From positions 1,984,001 to 2,048,000 of the forward strand of contig NZ_CP134949.1 in the NCBI RefSeq assembly GCF_032116555.1: a stretch of DNA of 64,000 nucleotides, given 5' to 3'. Source of the DNA: Halorarum halobium. Its GTDB lineage: Archaea > Halobacteriota > Halobacteria > Halobacteriales > Haloferacaceae. Made by a program: the position numbers and the translations under genes. Position 1 is the first letter of the stretch; every line of letters begins with the position of its first letter. The notes beneath the pieces were generated by a model. The model had not been told where the DNA came from, ran no database searches, and saw only the letters and a program-made list of their open reading frames with translations. This document shows, piece by piece, positions 1-8,466 of the stretch.

Positions 1-1269
1 GACTTCCGCCACGACGCCGTACTCACCGTCGAGCACGCGAGCCCGGTTCGAGCCGTCGCCGATCACCTCCCGCACGTGGTCCTTGAGCGTCCGCGGCGTG
101 TCGTCGGTCGGGCCCGCGTCGGCCGTCGCCGCGCTCGACGCCGCACCGTCGGGTGTCGATTCCGGGTCCGGGTCCGCCGCCGGCTCCGGTTCCCCTCCCT
201 GCTCCGACTCCGGATCCGACGCTGACTCCGGCTCCGGTTCCGCTCCCGACGTTTGCGGGGGGTCTGGACCGTCGGGCCCCCTCGTCGTCTCTGGACTCTC
301 CGTCCCGGCCCTCGTGGAGTCCGTGTCGGGGGCGGGGTGGGCGCTCCCGTCGGTCGCGGCCACCGAGTTCGACTCCGACCCGGAGCTCCGGTCCGTGCCC
401 GGACTGACGGTCGAGTCCGGTTCGGACGGCAGGTCGCCCGTCGTGGGATCGAAGCGGTACTCCTCCAGGTCGACCGTGTCGAACGGGACCTTCTCCCTGA
501 GCGCGGCCATCACGTCGCGGCGCGGCAGGTCCTCGACCGACCGGCCTGCCGGGGCGAACGCGACGTAGTCCACGTCCCCGACCTGGGCCAGTTCGCGGAG
601 GATGAGCTTCCCGCCGCGGTCGCCGTCGAGAAACGCCGTGACGGTTCGTTCTGCCGAGAGGTCCGCCACCGCGTCGGGGACGTTCGTCCCCTCGACCGCG
701 ACCGCGTTCTTGATGCCGAACTGCAGGAGCGTGAGCACGTCGGAACGGCCCTCGACGACGATGATGGCGTCGGAGTCACGGACGCGGGGACCGGCCGGCA
801 GCCCCTCGTACTCGTCGATGCGTTCGACCCGCTGGGCCTCCCGCACCTCCTCGAGAATTTCGGCCGAGTCCATGATCGACTCGTCGAAGGAGTCGGCGAG
901 CAGTTCCTTGGCCCGGTCGACGACCTCGCGGCGCTTTGCCGCGCGCATGTCCTCGATGGTCCGCACCTCGATTCGGGCCTCGCAGGGCCCGACGCGGGTG
1001 ATCGATTCGAGGCTCGCGGCGAGGATGGCGGTCTCGACCCTGTCGAGGCTCGAGGAGATGGTGATCTGTCCGAAGCTCTGACCGTTCTCGGAGCCGACGT
1101 GGACGTCGATGCGACCGACCTTGGAGGACTGCTGGAGGTCCCGGAGATCGAGTTCGTCCCCGAGCAGGCCCTCCGTCTGGCCGAACACCGCGCCGACGAC
1201 GTCGCTCCGTTCGACGACGCCGTCCGCGGTGATTCGCGCGTGGATGAGGTATTTGGCTGAATCGTCCAT
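1..1269 (-). CDS. dnaG: Archaeal DnaG-type primase, 3' end runs off the window
   Basis: Manual translation MDDSAKYLIHARITADGVVERSDVVGAVFGQTEGLLG; TOPRIM motifs IIVVEGRSDV and FLDGDRGG; acidic Pro/Ser/Glu-rich linker. Absent from the ORF track because there is no stop in the window. Confidence 0.93.
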   Translation of the reverse strand, partial: MDDSAKYLIHARITADGVVERSDVVGAVFGQTEGLLGDELDLRDLQQSSKVGRIDVHVGSENGQSFGQITISSSLDRVETAILAASLESITRVGPCEARIEVRTIEDMRAAKRREVVDRAKELLADSFDESIMDSAEILEEVREAQRVERIDEYEGLPAGPRVRDSDAIIVVEGRSDVLTLLQFGIKNAVAVEGTNVPDAVADLSAERTVTAFLDGDRGGKLILRELAQVGDVDYVAFAPAGRSVEDLPRRDVMAALREKVPFDTVDLEEYRFDPTTGDLPSEPDSTVSPGTDRSSGSESNSVAATDGSAHPAPDTDSTRAGTESPETTRGPDGPDPPQTSGAEPEPESASDPESEQGGEPEPAADPDPESTPDGAASSAATADAGPTDDTPRTLKDHVREVIGDGSNRARVLDGEYGVVAEV

Positions 1270-1511
1270 GTGAATCCCCTCCCGGGGGTGATGTATGTGG
1301 TGAGACGGTGACGGTGGTCACCAGTTGATATATAAGCGTTCCACCGTGGAAATACCTGTCGTACCACGCGGCCGACGCGTGTACACGTGGGGGCCACCGA
1401 GCACGTTCCCGACCGAAGTGAAACGCCGCCTCGTCCCCCTCCAAAGTGGATGAACGGTCGGTCCCGCGACCCGTGCGAAAGACACATCGTACCCGGAACG
1501 TATCGGACAGT

Positions 1512-2324
1512 ATGAACGAACCGGGGCTGTCGTCGCTGCTCGACCAGTCGACGATGGCCGAGCGCGTCGTGCGGTCCGGGTCGCCGGCGTGGGCCCGTCG
1601 GCACTTCGAGACGTTCACCGACGGGCTGACCGGCGAACGAAACGGGTCCCCGTTCCCGTGTCACTTCGGCACGAACGCGGTCCAGCGCGGCGACCTGCTG
1701 TTCACCGCGGTCCCGTCGCTCACGGCCCCCGATGCGCTGTTCGACCTCCGGGACGCGATGCTGGAGTACCTCGACGCGTACGACGAGCACGCCGACCTCG
1801 CGCCGCTGGTGGCGTTCTTCGCGCCGCCAGAGGGGGCGTTCGCTGAGGCGGACTGGCACGAGGCGCTCTGGCACGTCCTGCAGTTCCTCCACGTCAACGA
1901 CCCGGAGCCGTGGCCCGACGACATCCCGACCGACCCCGACGACGCGCGCTGGGAGTTCTGCTTCGGCGGGGAGCCGCTGTTCCCGACCTCGCGCGCGCCG
2001 TTCTACGACGAGCGTATGAGCCGATTCTCGCCGGTCGGCCTCGAGATCACGTTCCAGCCGCGCTCGCTGTTCGACGGACTGACACATGACACCGAGGCGG
2101 GCCGGCACGCGCGGGAGGTCATCCAGGGACGGCTCGGCGAGTACGACGGCGTCTGCCCCCACGCGGACCTGGGCGACTGGGGCGTGGAGGGCGACCGCGA
2201 GTGGCGGCAGTACCTCTTTTTCGACGACGAGTCCCAGTTCCCCGAGGAGTGTCCGCTGACGGTGACTCCCGAGGTGACCGCGATGGACGACCCGCGCGTG
2301 GCGACCGACGGGGGCCGGCCGTGA
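1512..2324 (+). CDS. YqcI/YcgG family protein (putative heme-dependent N-oxygenase)
   Basis: Motifs [47 protein letters not shown] and EWRQY are typical of the family; ATG at 1512. Confidence 0.85.
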   Translation: MNEPGLSSLLDQSTMAERVVRSGSPAWARRHFETFTDGLTGERNGSPFPCHFGTNAVQRGDLLFTAVPSLTAPDALFDLRDAMLEYLDAYDEHADLAPLVAFFAPPEGAFAEADWHEALWHVLQFLHVNDPEPWPDDIPTDPDDARWEFCFGGEPLFPTSRAPFYDERMSRFSPVGLEITFQPRSLFDGLTHDTEAGRHAREVIQGRLGEYDGVCPHADLGDWGVEGDREWRQYLFFDDESQFPEECPLTVTPEVTAMDDPRVATDGGRP

Positions 2325-2881
2325 CCGCGCTGCCTGCCCTGCTGTTGATCGACTTTCAGGTCGGCTTCGACGAACCGGGCTGGGGCGAGCGAAACAACCC
2401 CGACGCGGAGGCGAACGCCCGCCGACTGCTCGACGCCTGGCGCGAGCGCGGCGGCGGCGTGTTCCACGTCCGGCACGACTCGACGGAGCCGGACTCGCCG
2501 CTCCGGGGCGACGACGACGGCTTCGCGTTCAAACCCGACCTGGCACCGGAAGACGGCGAGCGCGAGTTCGTCAAGCACGTCAACTCGGGGTTCATCGGCA
2601 CCGACCTCGAAGCCGAACTCCGCGGGGCCGGCCACGGGGAACTGGTCGTCGTCGGCCTGACGACGGACCACTGCGTCTCGACGACGACCCGGATGGCCGA
2701 GAACCTGGGCTTCGCCCCCACGGTCGTCTCGGACGCGACCGCCGCGCACGAACGCTCGCTCGACGGCGAACGCTTCGACGCCGACACCGTCCACAGAACG
2801 GCGCTGGCCCACCTCGCCGGCGAGTTCGCCGACGTGGCCACGACCGACGACGTGCTCGCCCGTCTCCCGGACGGAGCGTAG
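2321..2881 (+). CDS. Cysteine hydrolase (isochorismatase family)
   Basis: [22 protein letters not shown] and [11 protein letters not shown] give the Asp-Lys-Cys triad; GTG start overlaps the upstream TGA. Confidence 0.9.
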   Translation: MTALPALLLIDFQVGFDEPGWGERNNPDAEANARRLLDAWRERGGGVFHVRHDSTEPDSPLRGDDDGFAFKPDLAPEDGEREFVKHVNSGFIGTDLEAELRGAGHGELVVVGLTTDHCVSTTTRMAENLGFAPTVVSDATAAHERSLDGERFDADTVHRTALAHLAGEFADVATTDDVLARLPDGA

Positions 2882-3130
2882 GTCGGAGTTCCGACGGCGA
2901 CGAACGGTCGTCATCCGCCAAACGAACGACCGATCGACACCCCGGCGTGGTCCCGGCGGGTGTCCAGTAGCGGCGCGGGCCCGACCATCCGCCGGGTGGG
3001 ACTTTCCAGCCGTTAGGTGTGGTGTTGACGGTCGGAGCGAAGCCGCCACCACACGCGGATGCGCAGAATTCACTCGGTTTCGACTCCCATCGTCGCACCT
3101 TTATCAACCGTCCCGCAAAGGGGCTAGAAC

Positions 3131-4897
3131 ATGACCATGCGCCGCGCCAAGATCGTCTGCACGCTCGGCCCGGCCTCCGACGACCGCGGGACGGTGCGGG
3201 CGCTCGCCGACGCCGGGATGTCGGTTGCGCGTCTCAACGCCAGCCACGGCACTACCGCCGACCGGGGGAACCTCATCGACACCATCCGCGCGGTCGACGA
3301 CGCGACCGCGGACCCGCTCGCCGCGATGCTCGACCTCCAGGGTCCCGAGGTCCGGACCGCCGAACTCGACGAACCGATCCGGCTGGAGACCGGTTCCCGG
3401 ATCCGGTTCGTCGAAGGTGAGGACGCGACGCCCGAGGAGGTCGGACTCAGCTACTCCATCACGGCCGTCGAGGCCGGGGACACCGTGCTGCTCGATGACG
3501 GTCGCATCGAGACGACCGTCGAGGGGATCGACGACGACGGGGCGGTCGAGGCGACGGTCGTGTCGGGCGGCGAACTCGCCTCCCGAAAGGGCGTCAACGT
3601 TCCCGGCGTGGAACTGGGACTCGACACCATCACCGAACGGGACGAGGCCGAACTCGATCTCGCCGCCGAGAAGGAGGTCGACTTCGTCGCCGCGTCGTTC
3701 GTCCGTGACGGGGAGGACGTCTACACGGTGAGCGAGGCGCTGGAGGAGCGCGGCGCGGAGGACGTTCCCATCGTGGCGAAGATCGAGCGGGCCGGCGCGG
3801 TCGAGAACCTCGAGGGCATCATCGACCCCGCCTACGGCGTGATGGTCGCCCGCGGCGACCTCGGGGTCGAGTGCCCGCTCGAGGACGTTCCGATGATTCA
3901 AAAGCGCATCATCCGGGGCTGCGTCGAGTCGGGCACTCCCGTCATCACCGCGACCGAGATGCTCGACTCGATGGTCCACTCGCGGCGACCGACACGGGCG
4001 GAGGCTTCCGACGTCGCGAACGCCGTGCTCGACGGTACCGACGCCGTGATGCTTTCCGGGGAGACCGCCATCGGCGACCACCCCGTTCGGGTCGTGGAGA
4101 CGATGGACCGCATCGTCCGCCAGGTGGAACGCAGCGACGAGTACGCCGAGACCCGGGAGGGGCGCGTGCCGCTGGCGGACGCCGACTCCCGGACCGAGGC
4201 GCTCGCTCGCTCGGCGCGGTATCTCGCCCGCGACACGGAGGCCGCCGCGGTCGTCGCGGCTTCCGAGTCGGGCTACACCGCGCGCAAGACCGCCAAGTTC
4301 CGCCCCGGCGTGCCGGTCGTGGCGACGACGCCGAGCGACAGGGTCCGCCGGCAACTCGCGCTCTCGTGGGGCGTCCGGGCGATGTACGCCGACTACTCGG
4401 GCGGCATCGACGCCGTCATGGACTCGGCGGTGTCGGCCGCGCTCGACGCCGAGGCGGCCGAATCGGGCGACACGCTCGTCGTGCTCTCGGGGATGATGAC
4501 CGAACTGGAGGGGACGAACACGACGAACACGCTGAAGCTCCACGTCGCCGCCGAGACCGTCGCGGCCGGGCGGGCCGTCGTCAGCGGCCGCGTCGCGGGA
4601 CCGGTCCGGCGCGTCGGCGACGGCGACCTCTCCGCGTTCCCGGAGGGCGGTATCGCCGTCCTCCCCTCGGAGTTCGACGCCGAGTTCGAGGGCGACACCG
4701 GGAAACTCGGCGGCATCGTCGACGCCCGCCCGGGAATGACCGGCTATCCGGCGCTCGTCGCCCGCGAGCGTGGGATCCCGATGATCTCGGGCGCGCAGCT
4801 TCCCCCGGACGTCGACGACGGAACCACCGTGACGCTCGACGCCGAGCGCGGCGTCGTCTACGAGGGCAACGTCATCGCACACGCGAGGCGACGCTGA
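3131..4897 (+). CDS. pyk: Pyruvate kinase with C-terminal PEP-utiliser mobile domain
   Basis: KIVCTLGPAS, ARLNASHG, MVARGDLGVE, DAVMLSGETA; C-terminal YPALVARERGIP and TLDAERGVVYEG. Confidence 0.97.
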   Translation: MTMRRAKIVCTLGPASDDRGTVRALADAGMSVARLNASHGTTADRGNLIDTIRAVDDATADPLAAMLDLQGPEVRTAELDEPIRLETGSRIRFVEGEDATPEEVGLSYSITAVEAGDTVLLDDGRIETTVEGIDDDGAVEATVVSGGELASRKGVNVPGVELGLDTITERDEAELDLAAEKEVDFVAASFVRDGEDVYTVSEALEERGAEDVPIVAKIERAGAVENLEGIIDPAYGVMVARGDLGVECPLEDVPMIQKRIIRGCVESGTPVITATEMLDSMVHSRRPTRAEASDVANAVLDGTDAVMLSGETAIGDHPVRVVETMDRIVRQVERSDEYAETREGRVPLADADSRTEALARSARYLARDTEAAAVVAASESGYTARKTAKFRPGVPVVATTPSDRVRRQLALSWGVRAMYADYSGGIDAVMDSAVSAALDAEAAESGDTLVVLSGMMTELEGTNTTNTLKLHVAAETVAAGRAVVSGRVAGPVRRVGDGDLSAFPEGGIAVLPSEFDAEFEGDTGKLGGIVDARPGMTGYPALVARERGIPMISGAQLPPDVDDGTTVTLDAERGVVYEGNVIAHARRR

Positions 4898-4958
4898 CGC
4901 AGGCGGCCGGTGACGCAGGGAGCCGGTGACGCAGGGAGCCGGTGACGCAGGGAGCCGG
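4895..4958. repeat. Tandem repeat, 4 x 16 bp (TGACGCAGGGAGCCGG)
   Basis: Three perfect units at 4911, 4927 and 4943, plus one variant unit at 4895 that contains the pyk stop codon. Confidence 0.95.
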
Positions 4959-5067
4959 ACGGGGTCGGAGCGACGTCTCCGTCGGGCGAGCAATACTCGA
5001 GTCCGAACCGAGTCCGGAGGTCGCAGGTCCCGTTACCCATTTACCGCCCCGCCACGAACTGGTCCGC

Positions 5068-5265
5068 ATGAGCGACGAGTTCGGTGACGACGGCGAGGCC
5101 GACGACGAGGGGTGGCGCTTCGCGCTCGATGACGTCGACGAGGACGGCATCGTCGGCCCCGAAACCGACCCGATCGAACCCGAACACGTGTCCGTCGAGA
5201 ACGCGCTGTTCGTCACGGTGGGCGTCCTCGGGACGCTGCTCGTGTTCGTCGCGGCCACGCTTTAG
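5068..5265 (+). CDS. Small acidic membrane-anchored protein
   Basis: 65 aa, acidic N-terminus and one C-terminal transmembrane helix. Confidence 0.7.
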   Translation: MSDEFGDDGEADDEGWRFALDDVDEDGIVGPETDPIEPEHVSVENALFVTVGVLGTLLVFVAATL

Positions 5266-5288
5266 TACCCGCCCCCTAACACCCGGGT

Positions 5289-5945
5289 ATGGTCCTGCAG
5301 TTAGACGTCCTGGGGCCCGACACCCTGCCGCTGTTGCTCGTCGCCTCGGGACTCGTCATCTCCATCCTCGAAGCGCTCGCGCCGGGCGCACACCTCATCG
5401 TCGTCGGCGTCGCCCTGCTCGCCGCCGGACTGGTCGGCCTGCTCCTTGGCCCGTTCGCAACCGTCCTGGCCAGCCCGTTCGTCCTCGGCCTGCTCGTCAT
5501 CCTCTTCGGCTCGCTCGCGTTCTACGGCTACCGCGAACTCGACATCTACGGCGGGAAGGGTCAACAGCAGACGTCCGACTCCGACTCGCTCCGCGGCTCT
5601 ACCGGCCGCGTGACCGAGACGGTGACGCCGACCGGCGGGGAGATCAAGCTCGACGGCGGCGGCTTCAGCCCGTACTACTCCGCGCGATCGGTCGAGGGCG
5701 AGATTCCGGAAGGCACCGAGGTGATGGTGGTCGACCCCGGCGGCGGCAACGTCGTCACCGTCGAGTCGCTGGCGGGCGGGATGGACGACATCGACCGCGA
5801 ACTCGCGCGGGGTCGAGAGCACCAGCGCGAGTCCGCGGACGTCGAGGGCGGAACGAACGGCGGTTCCGGGGGGGACGAGGGTGGCGCAGTCGGCGGCGAG
5901 GAAAACCACGAGATCGAGCCGGAACGGGAGCGGGAACGGGAGTAG
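5289..5945 (+). CDS. NfeD family membrane protein (short form)
   Basis: N-terminal TM helices (LEALAPGAHLIVVG), C-terminal OB-fold-like region, directly upstream of an SPFH gene. Confidence 0.88.
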   Translation: MVLQLDVLGPDTLPLLLVASGLVISILEALAPGAHLIVVGVALLAAGLVGLLLGPFATVLASPFVLGLLVILFGSLAFYGYRELDIYGGKGQQQTSDSDSLRGSTGRVTETVTPTGGEIKLDGGGFSPYYSARSVEGEIPEGTEVMVVDPGGGNVVTVESLAGGMDDIDRELARGREHQRESADVEGGTNGGSGGDEGGAVGGEENHEIEPERERERE

Positions 5946-5985
5946 GGAGCCGAACGCTTAAGCCGCGAGGCGAGAAGCCTCCGAC

Positions 5986-7167
5986 ATGGTCCCGCTTCCC
6001 TTACAGTTCGCCGGGCTGACCGCGGCGTTCCTCGGGCTGTTGTTCCTGCTCGTGGTCGTCGTGGCGCTGTATCAGGCGATCGTCATCGTCGACGCCTACG
6101 AGAAGCAGGCGCTCACGGTGTTCGGCGAGTACCGACAGCTGCTCGAACCGGGAATCAACGTCGTCCCGCCGTTCGTCTCGCGGACGTACACCTTCGACAT
6201 GCGGACACAGACGCTCGACGTGCCGCGCCAGGAGGCGATCACCCGCGACAACTCGCCGGTCACCGCCGACGCGGTCGTCTACATCAAGGTGATGGACGCG
6301 AAGAAGGCGTTCCTCGAGGTCGAGGACTACAAGACGGCCGTCTCCAACCTCGCGCAGACGACGCTGCGCGCGGTGCTGGGCGACATGGAGCTCGACGACA
6401 CGCTCAACAAGCGCCAGGAGATCAACGCGCGCATCCGGAAGGAGCTCGACGAGCCCACCGACGAGTGGGGGATCCGCGTCGAGTCCGTCGAGGTCCGCGA
6501 GGTCAACCCCTCGAAGGACGTCCAGCAGGCGATGGAGCAGCAGACCTCCGCCGAGCGTCGCCGCCGCGCCATGATCCTCGAGGCGCAGGGTGAGCGGCGC
6601 TCCGCCGTCGAGTCCGCGGAGGGTGAAAAGCAGTCGAACATCATCCGCGCGCAGGGTGAAAAGCAGAGCCAGATCCTCGAGGCGCAGGGCGACGCCATCT
6701 CGACGGTACTTCGCGCGAAGTCCGCCGAGTCGATGGGCGAGCGCGCCATCATCGACAAGGGGATGGAAGCGCTCGTCGACATCGGCCAGGGCGACTCCAC
6801 GACGTTCGTGCTCCCCCAGGAGCTCACCTCGCTCGTCGGCCGCTACGGCAAGCAGCTGACCGGCTCCGACGTGCAGGACTCGGCCGGGCTCGACTCGCTG
6901 GAGTTCGACGAGGAGACCCGCGAGATGCTCGGGCTCGACGACATCGAGGAGATCCTCGGCCAGATCGACGAGGCCGCCGAGATGGACACCGAGGCGCTCG
7001 AACAGGAGGCCGAGGCCGTGAAGTCCGGCGACATCGACGACAGCATCAAGTCCGCCGACGAGATCATCTCGAACGCGAACGCGGACGACTCCGTGCAGTC
7101 GGCCGATCAGGCCGTCGACGAGGGTGACGGCGCCGCCGACGCCGAAACCGAGTCGGAGACCGAGTAG
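5986..7167 (+). CDS. SPFH/band 7 (stomatin-like) protein
   Basis: DVPRQEAITRDNSPVTADAVV, LAQTTLRAVLG, WGIRVESVEVREV, AERRRRA coiled coil. Confidence 0.95.
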   Translation: MVPLPLQFAGLTAAFLGLLFLLVVVVALYQAIVIVDAYEKQALTVFGEYRQLLEPGINVVPPFVSRTYTFDMRTQTLDVPRQEAITRDNSPVTADAVVYIKVMDAKKAFLEVEDYKTAVSNLAQTTLRAVLGDMELDDTLNKRQEINARIRKELDEPTDEWGIRVESVEVREVNPSKDVQQAMEQQTSAERRRRAMILEAQGERRSAVESAEGEKQSNIIRAQGEKQSQILEAQGDAISTVLRAKSAESMGERAIIDKGMEALVDIGQGDSTTFVLPQELTSLVGRYGKQLTGSDVQDSAGLDSLEFDEETREMLGLDDIEEILGQIDEAAEMDTEALEQEAEAVKSGDIDDSIKSADEIISNANADDSVQSADQAVDEGDGAADAETESETE

Positions 7168-7245
7168 TTACCGGTCGCGGCCGGCTACTGACCCGGCCGT
7201 CGCGGCGACGACATCCTTTTGCGGACACCCCGAGAACGTGGAGGC

Positions 7246-7854
7246 GTGACGCGCGAGGTCGACGCGAACAAGCGGGCCACGCTCCGGCGGTTCGCCGCGC
7301 TCGGAGCGGCGACGCCGCTGGTCGCGAGCGGCTCTGCCGCCGCCGAGGAGGACACCTCCGCGGTCCGGGACGCCATCCGCGGCTACCTCACGCGAACCCC
7401 CGGCGCGCACTTCTCGAAGCTCCGCGACGACCTCCGACTCGGAACCGGCGAGACCCAGCACCACCTCCGGCGGCTCGAAACCGACGGCGAGGTGACGTCG
7501 CTGAAGGACGGCGACTACAGACGGTACTACCCGGCCGAGCGCTTCTCGACGTTCGAGATGGTCGCGCTCGGCTACCTCCGCCGGCCGACGCCGCGCGGGA
7601 TGCTCGTCGAACTGCTCAGGGAGCCCGACGCGACCGGCGCGGACCTGGCCCGCGCGCTCGACGTCTCGCGGGCGACGGTGAGCAACTACGCGGGCGAACT
7701 GGAAACCGCCGACCTGCTCGACCGGTCGGACGGCTACGCGGTCGCGGACCCCGAAACCGTCATCGCGCTGCTCGTCCGCTACGCCGACTCGTTCGGCCCG
7801 GACGCCGTCGCGTTCGCCGACGAGGCGGCGCGGTTCATCAGCTACGACGGGTAG
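7246..7854 (+). CDS. Double winged-HTH transcriptional regulator
   Basis: PGAHFSKLRDDLRLGTGETQHHLRRLE and LARALDVSRATVSNY HTH motifs; GTG start chosen. Confidence 0.82.
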   Translation: MTREVDANKRATLRRFAALGAATPLVASGSAAAEEDTSAVRDAIRGYLTRTPGAHFSKLRDDLRLGTGETQHHLRRLETDGEVTSLKDGDYRRYYPAERFSTFEMVALGYLRRPTPRGMLVELLREPDATGADLARALDVSRATVSNYAGELETADLLDRSDGYAVADPETVIALLVRYADSFGPDAVAFADEAARFISYDG

Positions 7855-7917
7855 GTACCGTCGAACGAATCGTCACGGTCGAACTGCAGTCGCAGGAAAA
7901 CTGGTCCTCGGAGGGCC

Positions 7918-8178
7918 TCACGCCGTGACCATCCACGTCGTGCCCGAACTGTAGCCCCACTTCTCGACGTCGAGGTCGAACTCGCCCTCACAGATCGGGG
8001 GCATGTTCGCGCCGACCTCCTTCGCGCTCATGTCCAGTTCCTCGGCGATGAGCCGCGACTTGAAGTACGTCCGGCTGTCGGCGTGCTCGCGGAGGTAGCC
8101 GAGAATTCGAAGCTGTTTGTCGGTCAGGTCGGTCACCGCGGGGGCCGCCGCCGTCTCGGTCGTCCCGGTGGCGCTCAT
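7918..8178 (-). CDS. Small haloarchaeal wHTH-like protein (DUF7123-like)
   Basis: RTYFKSRLIAEELDMSAKEVG ... VEKWGYSSGTTW, a recognisable haloarchaeal family. Confidence 0.75.
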   Translation of the reverse strand: MSATGTTETAAAPAVTDLTDKQLRILGYLREHADSRTYFKSRLIAEELDMSAKEVGANMPPICEGEFDLDVEKWGYSSGTTWMVTA

Positions 8179-8466
8179 ACACGTCCGTGGGTCCGCTCCG
8201 GACATAGGGGATTTGGTACGGTGGCTTAACACGCCGCCGTACCGCGATCAGAGTCGGACACGTTCGGGTGGGACTACCGACGGCACCCTCCCTCGGTACG
8301 GTCGTCAAACGTGAGCCTACCGTCGCGGCTCTCCCTCCGCCGAGCGCCGGAAGCCAGGCCGGTCGAGTCGATGGTCACCGGGAGGTGGGCGGACGACGGG
8401 GAGTTCCAGCGCGGACGGGACCGAGGACAGAAGGTTCTTACCCGGGCGAGGGCGACCTGTGGGGTA

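Noticed and set aside
150..430. Short GACTCCGG-like repeats
   Set aside because: They encode the low-complexity Pro/Glu/Ser linker of DnaG.
3017..3054. Hairpin GTGTGGTG...CACCACAC upstream of pyk as a possible riboswitch
   Set aside because: A single 8-bp stem with no recognisable aptamer, apparently upstream of the likely promoter.
4895..4958. Possible CRISPR array
   Set aside because: Units are 16 bp, contiguous, with no spacers, and there are no cas genes.
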